Source: Octopus vulgaris | Lineage: Eukaryota | Assembly: GCA_951406725.2 (NCBI GenBank) | Contig: OX597817.1 | Span: forward strand, 26,536,001-26,600,000 | Direction of reading: 5' to 3' | Length of the DNA: 64,000 nt | Shown here: positions 38,971 through 51,640 of the stretch, in pieces | Layout: each line of letters starts with the position of its first letter | Numbering within the stretch: position 1 is the first letter of the stretch | Program-made: the position numbers and the translations under genes | The notes under the pieces: generated by a model | The model's input: only the letters and a program-made list of their open reading frames with translations | Database searches by the model: none | What the model was told of the DNA's origin: nothing

Positions 38971-40534
38971 ATGAAATCTGTATAGAAGCCTGGTGTATAA
39001 ATAGTGCTATTTCTTGCATTGGAAACTAAATCAAGTGACTGTTTTCATACAGCAATTTGGTTGTGTGATGCACTTAATGTAGTCCATTCTGTTGCAAATT
39101 TTCAGATGTGATTAATGCCGGTGAAAAAAAGGAAGAGAGAAAATTTAAGTGTGTCATATGAAGTGGGATATGCAACTGATGTTAAGAGCAGAGATAATCA
39201 CTATTGAGAAACGTGTGGAGTTAGCCACATCACATGAAGGGAAGGGACGTCAAATGAATTCCAGTCTTAAATTGCTATCAAAGCATAGTAATTGTGTGTA
39301 TGGGATGGAAACCTGGAGTGTTTGGGATAGGGAGGGGCAAAGTCAAGGTAAAAGTGTGAGTTGCTCTATTTTAGAGAAAGTAGATGAAGAGAGAGAGAAT
39401 GAGAGAGGGGAAGGGAGAAAAGGTTAGAGAGAGAAGGGGAAAACAAGAGAGATTTGGTTAATGAAAAATGTCAAATGGCATTAAAGAAATCAACAGAGTA
39501 GGAGAATGGGGTTGAAGTGAATTCAAAGTCTAGGCTGAAAGAATCGGTGAAAGTGGTAAAAATTTGGTGAGTCTAAGATATGTGACACCCATAAAATTAT
39601 CAATGCACCTACCTTAAAATTATAAGGGTAGGACCAGTGAATGAAGCGAAATCACCCCAGTAATCAGAAAGAAAAACTACTGAGAGTTAGAACAAGCCCA
39701 GCAAAGCAAAGGAGACGAAAGGTATTGAGTTGAAAGTTAATACAATGTCTGTAAAGTACTTGGGAACATGAAGGCCAACATCATCAGGTGGGATAAAAGT
39801 GTACAGGTATTCAATATTCAAAATGAAGTAAAGCAAGGAGTCATCAGGAGAATGAGGAGTTGATGAGGTAAAGAACATGATTAATAATTATGAATTTGGA
39901 AAAGAAGGCCAGTAACAAAAGGCTGGAAAATCCAATTAAGTTATTTAGAAATGAATTAGGAAATGTTTCATTCTTAATTACTTTTCTTGCTTGTATAATA
40001 ATGTTGGTCATTAATTAAAAAAACATATGACTTTTTGATCTACTTCTTCATATATTTTCATATTAAGCACTGGTTGTATCAAATTTGTGGTGAAGAAATA
40101 TAGAAATATTTTATTAAAATACTGATGGCAATGTTGATGTCACAAATACTGGAGTTTGAAATTTCAGTATTGCAAAAGTTCAGCTATGAATGTGTGTGTA
40201 TTTGTGTGTGTGTGTGTGGGTGTGTGTGTAGATGTAGCTATCAATCCATTTTCTCACCCACTATTCCTGGAAAAGTTGTGTAGGGTAGAGTTCACATGGA
40301 ATCCATGGTTCCAAGGATGTGATTTCTGGTGGTCTTCAGTATATGAAGAAGTCTGGAGGCGGATGAAAATGGCTTTGCTTGTTTGTTCAAGTTTCCCACA
40401 TAACTTTCAACCACTGTTCCTTAAATCCCTGGTTGTCACAATCTTGGAGGCTCCACAATTGGATCATTTCTTCCTTGGTGCTCATGAGGCTAAATAATTC
40501 ATTATGTCAATAAATGTTATAATATCATTATCGT

Positions 40535-40689
40535 GACAGTAGGGGGTACACCACTGCTGTTTAGACCTAGGAAGCATAGCGGTGGTGTACCCCCTACTGT
40601 CATGTTCGTGTTAGATTGACAGTATACAACCATTCTATTGCCCCACCACCGTACATGTCTCTACGAGAGATTTAGAAATTTAGTATTTC
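40535..40689. mobile_element. Short retro-insert with 5' hairpin and 15-bp TSD
   Basis: TSD taatat(c/t)attatcgt at 40520-40534 and 40690-40704. Inverted arms of ~27 bp at 40534-40603. Confidence 0.65.
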
Positions 40690-41461
40690 TAATATTATTA
40701 TCGTTTTTCTGTTAAATATATATCTTTTTTTCTCCAGTTTCAGCTCAGAGCTGCGTCCATGCTGATGCACTGCCGTTTTGTGCTACACTGTTATTATGAA
40801 GATCCTCGTCTAATATGTTGCACTTGGTGCAACATATATTCAATGTATGTTTAATATGTATCATTGACCTTCATTTTCTGAAAAAAAAAAATGTCTAGAT
40901 GGGTTATTTTCGTTCAAAAGCTGTTAGTGTGGTTCACCTAAAAGCTGAAGAATCTGAAATAAAAAAGAAACAACGTTACATAGAATAATAAAAACATAAC
41001 AATGGTGATGCCATAATGTGGAAACAAACTGGGAAAAGTTTTATCAAAATCGATTCACAGAAAAACGAAAAAATCCTAAATTTCACCCCTAAGCTATTAG
41101 GGTGGTTCTGGGTGTGTATGTGCAGATAGATATATATTTAATGAAATGATATGATCGCATATGGATGTGAAATTTCTGAACTTCTTTCACAGGGTTGAAA
41201 TAAATTTAATTGTATATTCAAAAGAATTCATTCAGTGTTCGGCTTATAGACATGAACTGCTATTGGCATTGCACCAAATTATATTTGAATATAAAAATCT
41301 AAATGCTACAAAGATAGCATGAACCATTGAATAAAAGCCTACTGTACAGAAAGTATCTAATAAAAAGAGGTTATGTTGAAGTAACATGAGAAAAATACTT
41401 GTAGAAGTGTTTAGAATTCATTGTAACCTATTTGGTATTAATGTACTCAGTAGCTCGTGTA

Positions 41462-41557
41462 ATGAAGCATTATTTCAGATATCACACTGTGTCTTTAATT
41501 ATATCAATTAACTCAGCTGGGCATTGCATATCAATAATACTGCATGACAGCACTTAG
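41462..41557 (+). pseudogene. FN3 C-terminal-like fragment
   Basis: MKHYFRYHTVSLIISINSAGH resembles LxPYTxYxVxVxAxNSAG. Upstream NLNATKIA*TIE*KP at about 41298-41340. Confidence 0.35.
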
Positions 41558-41744
41558 TATTTGAAAAGTAATTCGTTTAGAGAGATAACTATATCTAGAG
41601 CACCATCTGTGTCAAGCCAACAAAGGAGGTTCTACATGGCTTGATCTGATAGAAAATGTACCAAATAACATTTGATCCACATTCAGCCATTTCAAAAAAG
41701 AAGGGACTTAGAAACTCATTGGATGATGCAGTCATATATATATA

Positions 41745-41968
41745 TATATTACGGAGATGTACTCGCATAGCAAGTAATTTGATCTGAGATCGTGTGCTGA
41801 AACGAAAACAATTGCAGCGTGGAAGGTGTTTATAAGCCATTTCAGAAACACACAAAAGCCATTCGATTCACTTCAACATTTAAGTTTAATTTGTCAAAAT
41901 ATTTTCGTCGCTAAAATCCGTGGCTTTTGTGTGTTTCTTAAATGGCTTATAAACACTTTCCACGCTGC

Positions 41969-42017
<49 letters not shown>

Positions 42018-42295
42018 CAATCGCAGCATGGAAGGTGTTTATAAGCCATTTAAGAAACACACAAAAACCATTAGGTTCACTTCGACATTTAAATTTAATT
42101 TGTCAGTGAACAGGTCGCGGTCCCAAAGCGACAAAAATATTTTGACAAATTAAATTTAAATGTTGAAGTGAATCTAATGGTTTTTGTGTGTTTCTTAAAT
42201 CGCTTATAAACACCTTCCATACTGTAATTGTTTTCGTTCCAGCACATGATCTCAGATCAGGTCACTTGCGATGCAAGTACATCTCTGTAATATAT
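41745..42295. mobile_element. Multiply inverted PLE-like pLTR fragments in (TA)n
   Basis: Segment 41745-41915 is re-copied inverted (41919-41972), direct (42013-42105) and inverted (42133-42295). Confidence 0.75.
42099..42149 (+). ncRNA. Hammerhead-like motif with G3-C8 core variant (this copy G12A)
   Basis: TTTGTCA-GTGAACA-G-GTCGC(ggtcccaaa)GCGAC-aAA-AATATT-T-TGACAAA. The sister half-copy at 41891-41911 (- strand) has GAAA. Confidence 0.55.
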
Positions 42296-42768
42296 ATATA
42301 TATTTACAATGTTTAATAAAATGAAGTAGCATGAAACGATCGTACCAAATTACCGAAGATATACTTGTTGCTTATTTTGATTATATATATATATATATAG
42401 AGAGAGAGAGATGTAAGATCTAAGGATTGAGGTGTAGGAAGATTACCTTCAAGCAAACTGTAGAAAATATACAACTTTCAGGAACAATAGTGGTTTATTG
42501 AGGTGGAACGTTGTGGGTTTTTTCCATATCAAAGTATGGTAACCTGAAAAAAAGGCATTACATTTCATGGTACGTAGGCAGGGTTGCCCGATATTTGAAT
42601 TAAATACAAGAGTTAAGGAATGGAGTAGATAATATCCGGTATCTTATTTTCTCTTCACAATATATTCTCCACTCTAATCATGCTCTCTACGCATTCTGAT
42701 TGAAACATGAATGTGTTGGCATGTACCTCCCTATGACAATGCAAAGTTCATTTAATCAAGATACCCTT

Positions 42769-42853
42769 GGCCTGAAGATTAGCCTGCAGTATTCCCCTCA
42801 CCTGGATATTTACTACTTCCGAGGTTCTACTACACTATGAAACATATGTAGCC
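42769..42853 (+). ncRNA. Minimal hammerhead ribozyme with long domain II, in a PLE-like fragment (~42420-42882)
   Basis: ggc-CTGAAGA-ttag...ctat-GAA-ACATATGT-A-gcc. GUA triplet. The downstream 28 bp is repeated inverted at about 42611-42638. Confidence 0.7.
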
Positions 42854-42904
42854 TGGATATTATCTACTCCATTCCTTAATTCATATATATATATATATAT
42901 ATAT

Positions 42905-43254
42905 ATGGAAGAAGGTTTGAAAATGCAATTCTAAAGATGTTTATTCACTTGACCGGTTTCACTGTTTTAGAAAAAGATTGTCAAAAGTAAAATGTAAAGC
43001 TTTGTATAAGCTTTGTTGTGTTAAGCACTGGTTGTCACAAAAGTATTAAAATACATATATACATTCTTTGATAATAATAAGAAAATGTTAAAAACAGTTT
43101 ACAAGAAAATATTTAAGAAAATATTCAACAAAAAGTATTAGGAGTTCAATAAAAATCATGTTTGTTTGGTAGTATATATATACACAGAAGGAGATATATT
43201 TAAGAATTTACGAAAAATTGGAGAAGAACAGACCTGTCTATTTGGTATTTTTTC

Positions 43255-43307
<53 letters not shown>

Positions 43308-43880
43308 GAAGGTTTGAAAATGCGATTTTAAAGATGTTTATTCACTTGACCGGTTTCACTGTTTTAGAAAAAGATTGTCGAAAGTAAAATGTAAAGCTTT
43401 GTATAAGCTTTGTTGTGTTAAGTACGGGTTGTCACAAAAGTATTAAAATACATCTATACATTTTTTGATAATAATATGAAAATGTTAAAAACAGTTTACA
43501 AGGAAATTTCTTGAGAATATATTAAACAAAAAGTATTAGGAGTTCAATAAACATGTTTGTTTGGTAGTATATATATACAGAAGGTGGCGAGCTGGCAGAA
43601 ACGTTAACACACCAGGTGAAATACTTAGTGGTATTTCATCTGTCGTTACGTTGTGAGTTCAAATTCCGCCGAGGTCGACTTTGCCTTTCATCTTTTCGGG
43701 GTCGATAAATTCAGTACCAGTTACACACTGGGGTCGATGTAATCGACTTAATACCTATGTCTGTCCTTGTTTGTCCCCTCTGTGTGTAGCCCCTTGTGGG
43801 TAATAAAGAAATAAGTATATATATACAGAAAAGGAGATATATTTAGGATTTTACAAAGAATTTGAGATGAACTGACCTGT
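42905..43880 (-). repeat. ~400-bp tandem duplication of a PLE-like fragment plus flank
   Basis: 42905-43240 versus 43302-43880 (second copy interrupted by SINE D). Each has GAAACCGGTC on the - strand (42951-42960 and 43348-43357). Confidence 0.8.
43583..43813 (+). mobile_element. SINE family D with 17-bp TSD
   Basis: Head ggtggcgagctggcagaa...gagttcaaattcc. TSD agtatatatatacagaa. Confidence 0.92.
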
Positions 43881-44087
43881 TTTAGCTAAAATAGTAGGTC
43901 TTCTTTCTTGCCTGAATTTCTGAAAGTATAGTCTTTATGCACTCAACTGACGTTGTGGATGCATGTGTATGCATGCAAATTAATATGTCAGACAGTGACC
44001 CTATCAAATCTACAACTGTTGCTTTTTTACTTTTTATCTTTGACTTATTCTCAGCGAGACAGCTGGGTCTCTCTACGAAGTCACTTT

Positions 44088-44306
44088 CTTATTTCTTTAT
44101 TGCCACAAGGGGCTACACACAGAGGGGACAAATGGATTAAGTCGATTATATCGACCCCAGTGCGTAACTGGTACTTATTTAATCGATCCTGAAAGGATGA
44201 AAGGCAAAGTCGACCTCGGCAGAATTTGAACTCAGAACATAACGCCAGATGAAATAACGCTAAGCATTTTGCCCGGTGTGCTGACATTTTTGCCAGCTCG
44301 CCGCCA
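44088..44306 (-). mobile_element. SINE family D
   Basis: Reverse-complement match to 43583-43813. Confidence 0.9.
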
Positions 44307-45360
44307 TAACCAAGCCACTTACTATTGACATTCATCCTTCATTCTTGCTATTGTCACCTCCCCTCTCATATTTACTATCATTTTTATCTTTGTTCATCAT
44401 CAACCCTTTTTTATCCATCTCTCGCTCCTCCCAAAACTCATGCACTCACCAATTCCACCCACATCACCTCCTCACACAATCTTTCCATCCCTCTTCTCTC
44501 TATTATATTATTTCCCTGTAAGTAATGAAATTATGAACTATTTCATACTACTGTTCACCTCTTCATCTCTTCTGTGCTGCTAATTGATAGCAACCCATCA
44601 TCCTTATCAACGTCACCCTACTCAATTACAAGTAACCGTTCACCCCTCATTTGGTATTCACAACCTTCATTTCCTACATAGATCTGATCACCTTCATCCC
44701 AATGCAGGGAGCATCAAGCTGTAGAAACCATGTCAACACTGGAGCAAGATATGGTCATCTGATCTATTCAGTCCTTTCCAACCATTCAGCCCATAAAAAC
44801 AATGATGAGGAAGTGACAGAAGACTGGGAGATGTGTCAATCTAAGTAAAATCGCTGTCTTCTACACATACATGCTTGTCCTTCAGGTGCTGGTGTCACTA
44901 AACAAACACCCATGCTTCTGATGTGTTAACACACCTGTGCTGCTGTTTCATAAATGCACCCATGCTGGTGGTGCATAAAAAGTACTCAGCACACTCTGTT
45001 GAGAGGTTGGCGTTAGGAAATGCGTCTGGTCATATAATCCATGCCATAGCAGACATTTGGAGTCCAGATTGGTCCCTGCTAGCCAGCTGCATGTCAAAAC
45101 TGTCCAACCCATGTATGTATGTATGCATTATGTATGAATGTATGTATTCATGTACAAACACACAAACACATGTGTATACATATATCACATATATGTATAT
45201 ATGCATAAGTACCAGTTATGCACTGGAGTCGATATAATCGACTTAATCCATTTGTTTGTCCTTGTTTGTCCTCTCTGTGTTTAGCTCCTTGTGGGTAGTA
45301 AAGAAATAGAATATCATCATCATCATTGTTTAGTGTTTGCTTTCCATGTCTGATGATATT

Positions 45361-45594
45361 CTATTTCTTTACTACCCACAAGGAGCTAAACACAGAGAGG
45401 ACAAACAAGGACAGACAAATGGATTAAGTCGATTATATCGACTCCAGTGCGTAACTGGTACTTAATTTATCGACCCCAAAAGGATGAAAGTCAAAGGTGA
45501 CCTCGGTGGAATTTGAACTCAGAATGTAGTGGCAGACGAGATACCGCTAAGTGTTTCGCCTGACGTGCTAATGATTCTGCCAGCTCACCGCCTT
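45361..45594 (-). mobile_element. SINE family D, with inverted partial copy at 45207-45310
   Basis: Flanked by tgatgatatt on both sides, i.e. inserted in a (GAT)n tail. Confidence 0.9.
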
Positions 45595-45622
45595 TGAAAT
45601 GATGATGATATTCATACACACA

Positions 45623-45653
<31 letters not shown>

Positions 45654-46619
45654 ATCTGCAGGAGCATTTGTACGTCTATATCTGCTTGACTTGACTTTGA
45701 ATGCTAATTTATAGACTTGACTATGAATGCTAATTTATAAGAGGAAGAATCACTGTCGTACAAGTAGAGTCATTCCTTTGCCATCTTCCGTAGAAGCATA
45801 TCCCAGCCACTGTGCTCTTAATCTCCAAAGGACTAGTGAAAATATTACCAAGCTTGGAAACAAATAACGGTTGGCAACAGGAAGAACATTCAATCATAGA
45901 AAATCTGCCTCAACAAATTATGTCTGACACATTCAATCATGGAAAAGATACATACACACAGATACATACTAACCTGGAAAAGTGATTGGAAATTTCACAA
46001 CTAGAACACTTTTGATCATAGATCTGTCTCAGTTAAGACAGCTGTATTTTGTGTTGTGATCTGTCAACTATTGCATTGCTCTGTATGGCATTTAATAATT
46101 TATTCCACCACATATCATTTAAATGACTGCATGAAACAAAATTCTTTATACTGCAACAGCCAAAAATATATATTTACACAATTCTTACTGGATTTATCTT
46201 TTTCATTTTTTTATTTTTCTCTTCTGCATCACTTTCTACTTTTAAGTAGGTTTCTATATTTTCTAAAGCAAATTAAAGTGAATTTGTGTATGCCATTGTG
46301 AACAATGAAAAGAAAGATGTATTTATAATTACCAGTATCCTCTAAGAAATGAAACTGAAAATTATTCTTTAAAAGTAAAGCTTAAGCAACAGTGGAAATA
46401 TATAATGAAACCTTCAAAGTTTTGATGCTTAAGATCTGATATTAACAGAAGAGAAATTTTAAGATTTAAATTTCTTTATAAAGACTGATAAACTTACTTT
46501 TTTTTTTTGTTGGACTTACCTTTGTTTTCTTTAAGTTTTCTGTCTTTATGTGCTTCTCCACTCACTAAACCCACTCTCTTGTGTGTATATATATGTGTCT
46601 AGGTTTGTACAATCATATC

Positions 46620-46623
46620 CATG

Positions 46624-46697
<74 letters not shown>

Positions 46698-46961
46698 CAC
46701 ACATATGCATATATACATATATGTGATATATGTATAGACATGTGTATGTGTGTTTGTACATAAATACATACATTCATACATACATACATACATACATACA
46801 TACATACATACATACATACACATACATACATACATTACATTACATACATACATACATACATACATAAATACATAAATACGTACATAAATACATACATTCA
46901 TACATAATACAAGCATACATGCATACATACACACACATACATACGTACATACATACATACA

Positions 46962-46995
<34 letters not shown>

Positions 46996-47148
46996 CATAC
47001 ATACATACATACATACATACATACATACATACAGATATACATACATACATACATTCATACATAATACATACATACATACATACATACATACATACATACA
47101 TACATACATACATACATACATACATACATACATACATACATACATACA

Positions 47149-47180
<32 letters not shown>

Positions 47181-47225
47181 CACATATACATACATATGTG
47201 CAAGCAAGCAAACAAACATAAACAC
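46620..47225. repeat. (TA)n + (CATA)n microsatellite block
   Basis: Direct inspection. Confidence 0.97.
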
Positions 47226-48253
47226 ATAAAAAAGTAGTTTTTTGTATGTTGTTTGTTTGAAATGAAATTCAATTCCCTTCTATAAATCAATGAATGGAAA
47301 GAAAAAGTTAAGAAACTTCTGAAGCCGATGATAAAGAAGTGTTTTCATAGTTCTCAAGTTATACTGCATTAATTTTCTCATTTTTACTTCCATCTTATTT
47401 TACATGAATGTGATGTCTCATTTTGATGAAGTGCACCATCTCCACAAACAGAGTTTGATTTCACTCTCTCAGTCATTTCGTCAGTGGATAATGTCTGCAA
47501 TAAGATATAAACCTGAAGAGAAGAGATCTCTTGCCAATTAATACTGACTGCTCAAACATAAATCTATGAGAGAAATAAAATTTCTTTAATGGCACCGATT
47601 AGCGAATTTTATGATACAATAGTAATTAAATGTAGTCTGTTAAAATATATGCAAATTATAAAGATTTAGATTACCTTTATTTATCGAATCACTCATGTAT
47701 TATTAATGTTATTTCATTCTAGAATAACAACTACAACAACAAATTGAAAATAACATTATGTATTCATATCTTTAGTGAAAGAATTTTGTATATTTATGTA
47801 TCTCAAAAATTTTGAGCTGGATCAGTGACATTTAACACACAATTGCTATAGGTACAATAGTAAATAAATTCTTTAAGAGTTGTTTCCACCATCGATTTTG
47901 TTTGATGGGCCTGAGATATGCATATGTGTATATGTGTGTAAGAGAGAAAGATATATATATAGAGAGAGAGAGAGCGAGAAAATATTAATGAGAGCAAGAG
48001 AGTGTCAAACAGAGGAGGAGGGAAAGGCAACAGTACTAAGACAAGCAAGTGACTTGCTTTATTAATGTCAGAACAGAATACAATATTTATAGCTTACCTA
48101 CAGGTTTCTGATAATATATATTCTGTCCAAGATTTTGTTGCAATGACAATCAATCTTATAAAGCATCTCTACCCACTAAATAAACAAAACAAAAAATAAA
48201 CACCAAAAGAAGAAAAAAAAGTAATTCAAGTATTGAGAAAAGTGACAGGTAGT

Positions 48254-48380
48254 TGCATTCTATACTGGGGTATTTGTTGTCCCAATTTTCACAATACTTC
48301 ATAGTTAATAAGAAACAGATTATGCACAATATATGAGTAACTATTTCAGTTTTCAAAGTATTGTTGGGTATTAGCAAAAA
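48254..48380 (+). pseudogene. FN3-like decayed fragment
   Basis: FHNTS*LIRNRLCTIYE/VTISVFKVLLGIS resembles NTSxxIxNLxPxTxYxVxVxAxxxxGxS. Confidence 0.35.
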
Positions 48381-48849
48381 TTATAGGAAAATAGAACTGC
48401 TTCTTTGAAGCTTCTGACAATATCAGAGAGATATCATTCCCCACTTAAATCTGTCATATTTTCCACCTGTTTTCCCTCTTTGTTATTTATTAGTTGCCTT
48501 TACCAAGCATGTGTTGTTTTTATGTCTTATGTTAAACTATTTTCTTTAACCTTCTGTTTATTCCAATATCGTAACTGAAATTATACAAAGAAATGCACTT
48601 TTACATTTTCCAAAAAGGAAGAAGGAAAACCTGTACATTTTATTCAGTCGAATACATTCACTAACAGATTCATTTCAGTGGCCACCACTTAAGTTGACAA
48701 ACCAAATGCAGGAAGTTCTACAGATTTGTTTAACTTATTAACAATAGTTGTTGAATTGTCTTTAAGCACACCCTAATGCCTAGAATAATAATAAAAAAAT
48801 TAAATTAAACCATAAAAGATACTAAAGCTGTACCTAAATAAAAGATGGG

Positions 48850-49041
48850 AATATGTAAATGGCACCCATGCCAGTACTACATGAAAGCTCCCATTACACT
48901 CCTAGAGTGGTTGGCATTAGGAAAAAAGAGCATCCAGCCATAGAAACCATGTCAAGTCAGACTGGAACTTGGTGCAGTTCTCTAGCTTACCAGTTCCAGT
49001 CAAATTGTCTAACCCATACCAGCAGGGAGAGTGGATGTTAA

Positions 49042-49072
<31 letters not shown>

Positions 49073-49130
49073 GGATGGTGGTGGTGGTGGTGGTGGTGAT
49101 GGTGATTGATGATGATGGTGGTGGTGGTGG

Positions 49131-49168
<38 letters not shown>

Positions 49169-49180
49169 GTAATAATGATG
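48850..49180 (+). mobile_element. Family B 3' end with expanded (GAT)n/(GGT)n tail
   Basis: agagtggttggcattagg...catccagcc...taaatgatgatg. Confidence 0.85.
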
Positions 49181-50299
49181 AACACTTTTGCTGAAAGACA
49201 TGCAGAATCAGCACTTATTTGAGATTAAACATCATAGTTTTATACAAGCAATGTATAATGGAGTATCAGTTTTAATCTGTGTTCTTCAAACTCCAAGCCT
49301 TCTGCTTAAGTATTCTTTTAGTTGTTCCTCAAATTCCAAGCCTCGTGCATAAGTATCAATTTAATTAGCTAATCCCTGTTCCTCAAATTCCAGGCCTTGT
49401 GCCTAAGTTTGAAACAAGATGGTGCTACTTCCCTGAAGCTTTTGAGCAATCCTCTATTCCAATGACACAGGATGATATGGAAAGTGAGCCAGTCATTTCA
49501 TCTCCATATTACACAGAACATAGATGTCATGAAAGCAGTTTGAATCCTGCCTTCACTCTGTCTCATTACCGACTGAGAAGTGTGCATATGTTTGCAAATG
49601 CTTATCCCTGTTGATTGAGTTAGTTTCAGATACATTTTCAGATACAATATATTTTGGATTACAGTATCCAAAGTATCCTGCTTTTAACTAATAGCATATT
49701 ATTGAAAGGATATTTGGTTGTATTTCTAGAAAGGAGAGTGATAGAACAGTGTCTAGTTCTATACCATCTTCTGAACTGTTCCTGACAAAGTGAGCAAAAG
49801 AAGCAGGTTCAAACATGAACTTGTTTAAACAGGCTTACAACATTTATTTTGCCTAATTTTTAACAAGTATTTTTTATGAGATTTGCATCAGATTCTATTT
49901 GTACTCAGCAATTAATAGCTGACTATCCCCTAGACAATTTGTGTCATATTAAGGTCTTATCAAAATAATTTTATGAAGAAGTTTGCTTGTTTTTCTGTTT
50001 ATCTGGTTTTTTGTTGCTTTTTATTTTGTGTAAAATTGGCAAAAGAAATATTCTCCTGAGTCAGAAAATTTAATCAAAATGATATTTTGCCATTCATGTT
50101 GAATATGTTTTTCTCTTAAAATGTTAAAGGAGAAATATTTTACTAAACAAGATGTAGTTAAATGAATCTGTGATAATTAATTTGTGTTTTTAGATTACGT
50201 TTTGAAGCAATTAAGAACTTAATTGTTTAGTAATTGCTTTAATTAATTTTATGTTTGAACAAATTGGCCTACTGTAGAGGAATAATAATCTCTTGTTGA

Positions 50300-50371
50300 G
50301 CCATGTACTTGAACTGGTTCCAGGGATTTGTTAACTGAATAGACAAAGTAGGCAGTGTCTACCCAAAATAA
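50300..50371 (+). pseudogene. YWTD-blade-like fragment
   Basis: AMYLNWFQGFVN*IDKVGSVY resembles LAVDWxxxxLYWxD, with TGA at the Trp position. Confidence 0.4.
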
Positions 50372-50624
50372 AATGATATATACTAATTATAAAGTACAAA
50401 TGATTTCTGTTTCAAATATAGAAGTGATGATTTAATATATAAGAATTCAGCATATAATTCAGTTTGTATACATGGCAGGCACAATTTTCTCCACTTATCA
50501 AACTTAATCTACATTCCATGAGTTCATCTCCATATTACATAGAATATAGATGTTATGAAAGCAGTATGAATCCTGCCTTCACTAAGTGTCCTTACTGACT
50601 GAAATGTGTGCACATGTTTGTTAA

Positions 50625-50832
50625 AGGTGGCGAGCTGGCAGACTCGTTAGCATGCCGGGCGAAATGCGTAGCCGTATTTCGTCTGCCGTTACGTTCTGAG
50701 TTCAAAGGTCGACTTTGCCTTTCATCCTTTCGGGGTCGATAAATTAAGTACCAGTTACGCCCTGGGGTCGATGTAATCGACATAATCCGTTTGCCCCCTC
50801 TGTGTTTAGCCCCTTGTGGGCAGTAGTGAAAT
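50625..50832 (+). mobile_element. SINE family D with TSD acatgtttgt
   Basis: Interrupts a segment duplicated from 49495-49628. Confidence 0.9.
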
Positions 50833-51640
50833 ACATGTTTGTAAATGCTTACCCCTGATGATTGAGCCAGTTTCTAGCTTGTTTCATTTCATGTAAGTAT
50901 ATTGCATAAAGTGAACAAATATATATTGGGTGGGGGAATGTATGATAATCATCATCGTTTTTATATCTGCTTTCTATGCTCTCATGTGTTGGAGGAGTAG
51001 TTATGGCCAGAACTAACACCTATTGAGTGTTGTAGCTTCATAGATGGATGCTTGTGCAAGTCATTTGGCTTGGTTTTAATGGTTGGATGCTCTTCCTGTT
51101 GCCAATCTGTTTATTGTATGTACTAACAATGTCATCATACCTAGAGAAGGTATGATGACAGATCAATGTTATCTTCAATAAGTAGGCCTAATGAAGTGAG
51201 AGAGAGTCAGAGGAATGAAGAGTACCACTGCTGTCTCAAATACATAGGCGTAGTGGAGGAGTGAAAGAGGATTGATGAACGAAGTAACAACAGGGTGATG
51301 GTGAATCAAAAAATGATTGAAAGAGTGTGAAGAGAGCAGCAAAATGTATACTTTCTTGGCCTCCCTGTTCTTTATGTTCCATTAATTTGGAATTCCCGAT
51401 ACATTTTTTTATGCAGCAGTAATAATTTATATGCATCATATATATATGTAAGATTGCACTGGTATTGGTATCACATGCCAATATCAGCACTGTTTTCTCT
51501 CATGAATGCAACATCTGATTCCTCTTATATCCAGTTTTCTCTCAGCTCATTTGTACTATGGTATTCATAGACACTGACTTTACACATTTACCAGAGCATG
51601 TTTGACTCCTTCCTTTCTAGTCTTTGGAAATTTTCTGCAT

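Noticed and set aside
40156-40497. 113-aa plus-strand ORF
   Set aside because: Starts in a (TG)n repeat, has no motif, and is more likely the antisense of a decayed LINE end.
42945-43110. Complete hammerhead on the - strand (GAAACCGGTC plus stem actgtttt/aaaacagt)
   Set aside because: No CUGANGA-like 5' core in either tandem copy, so counted only as a 3' half.
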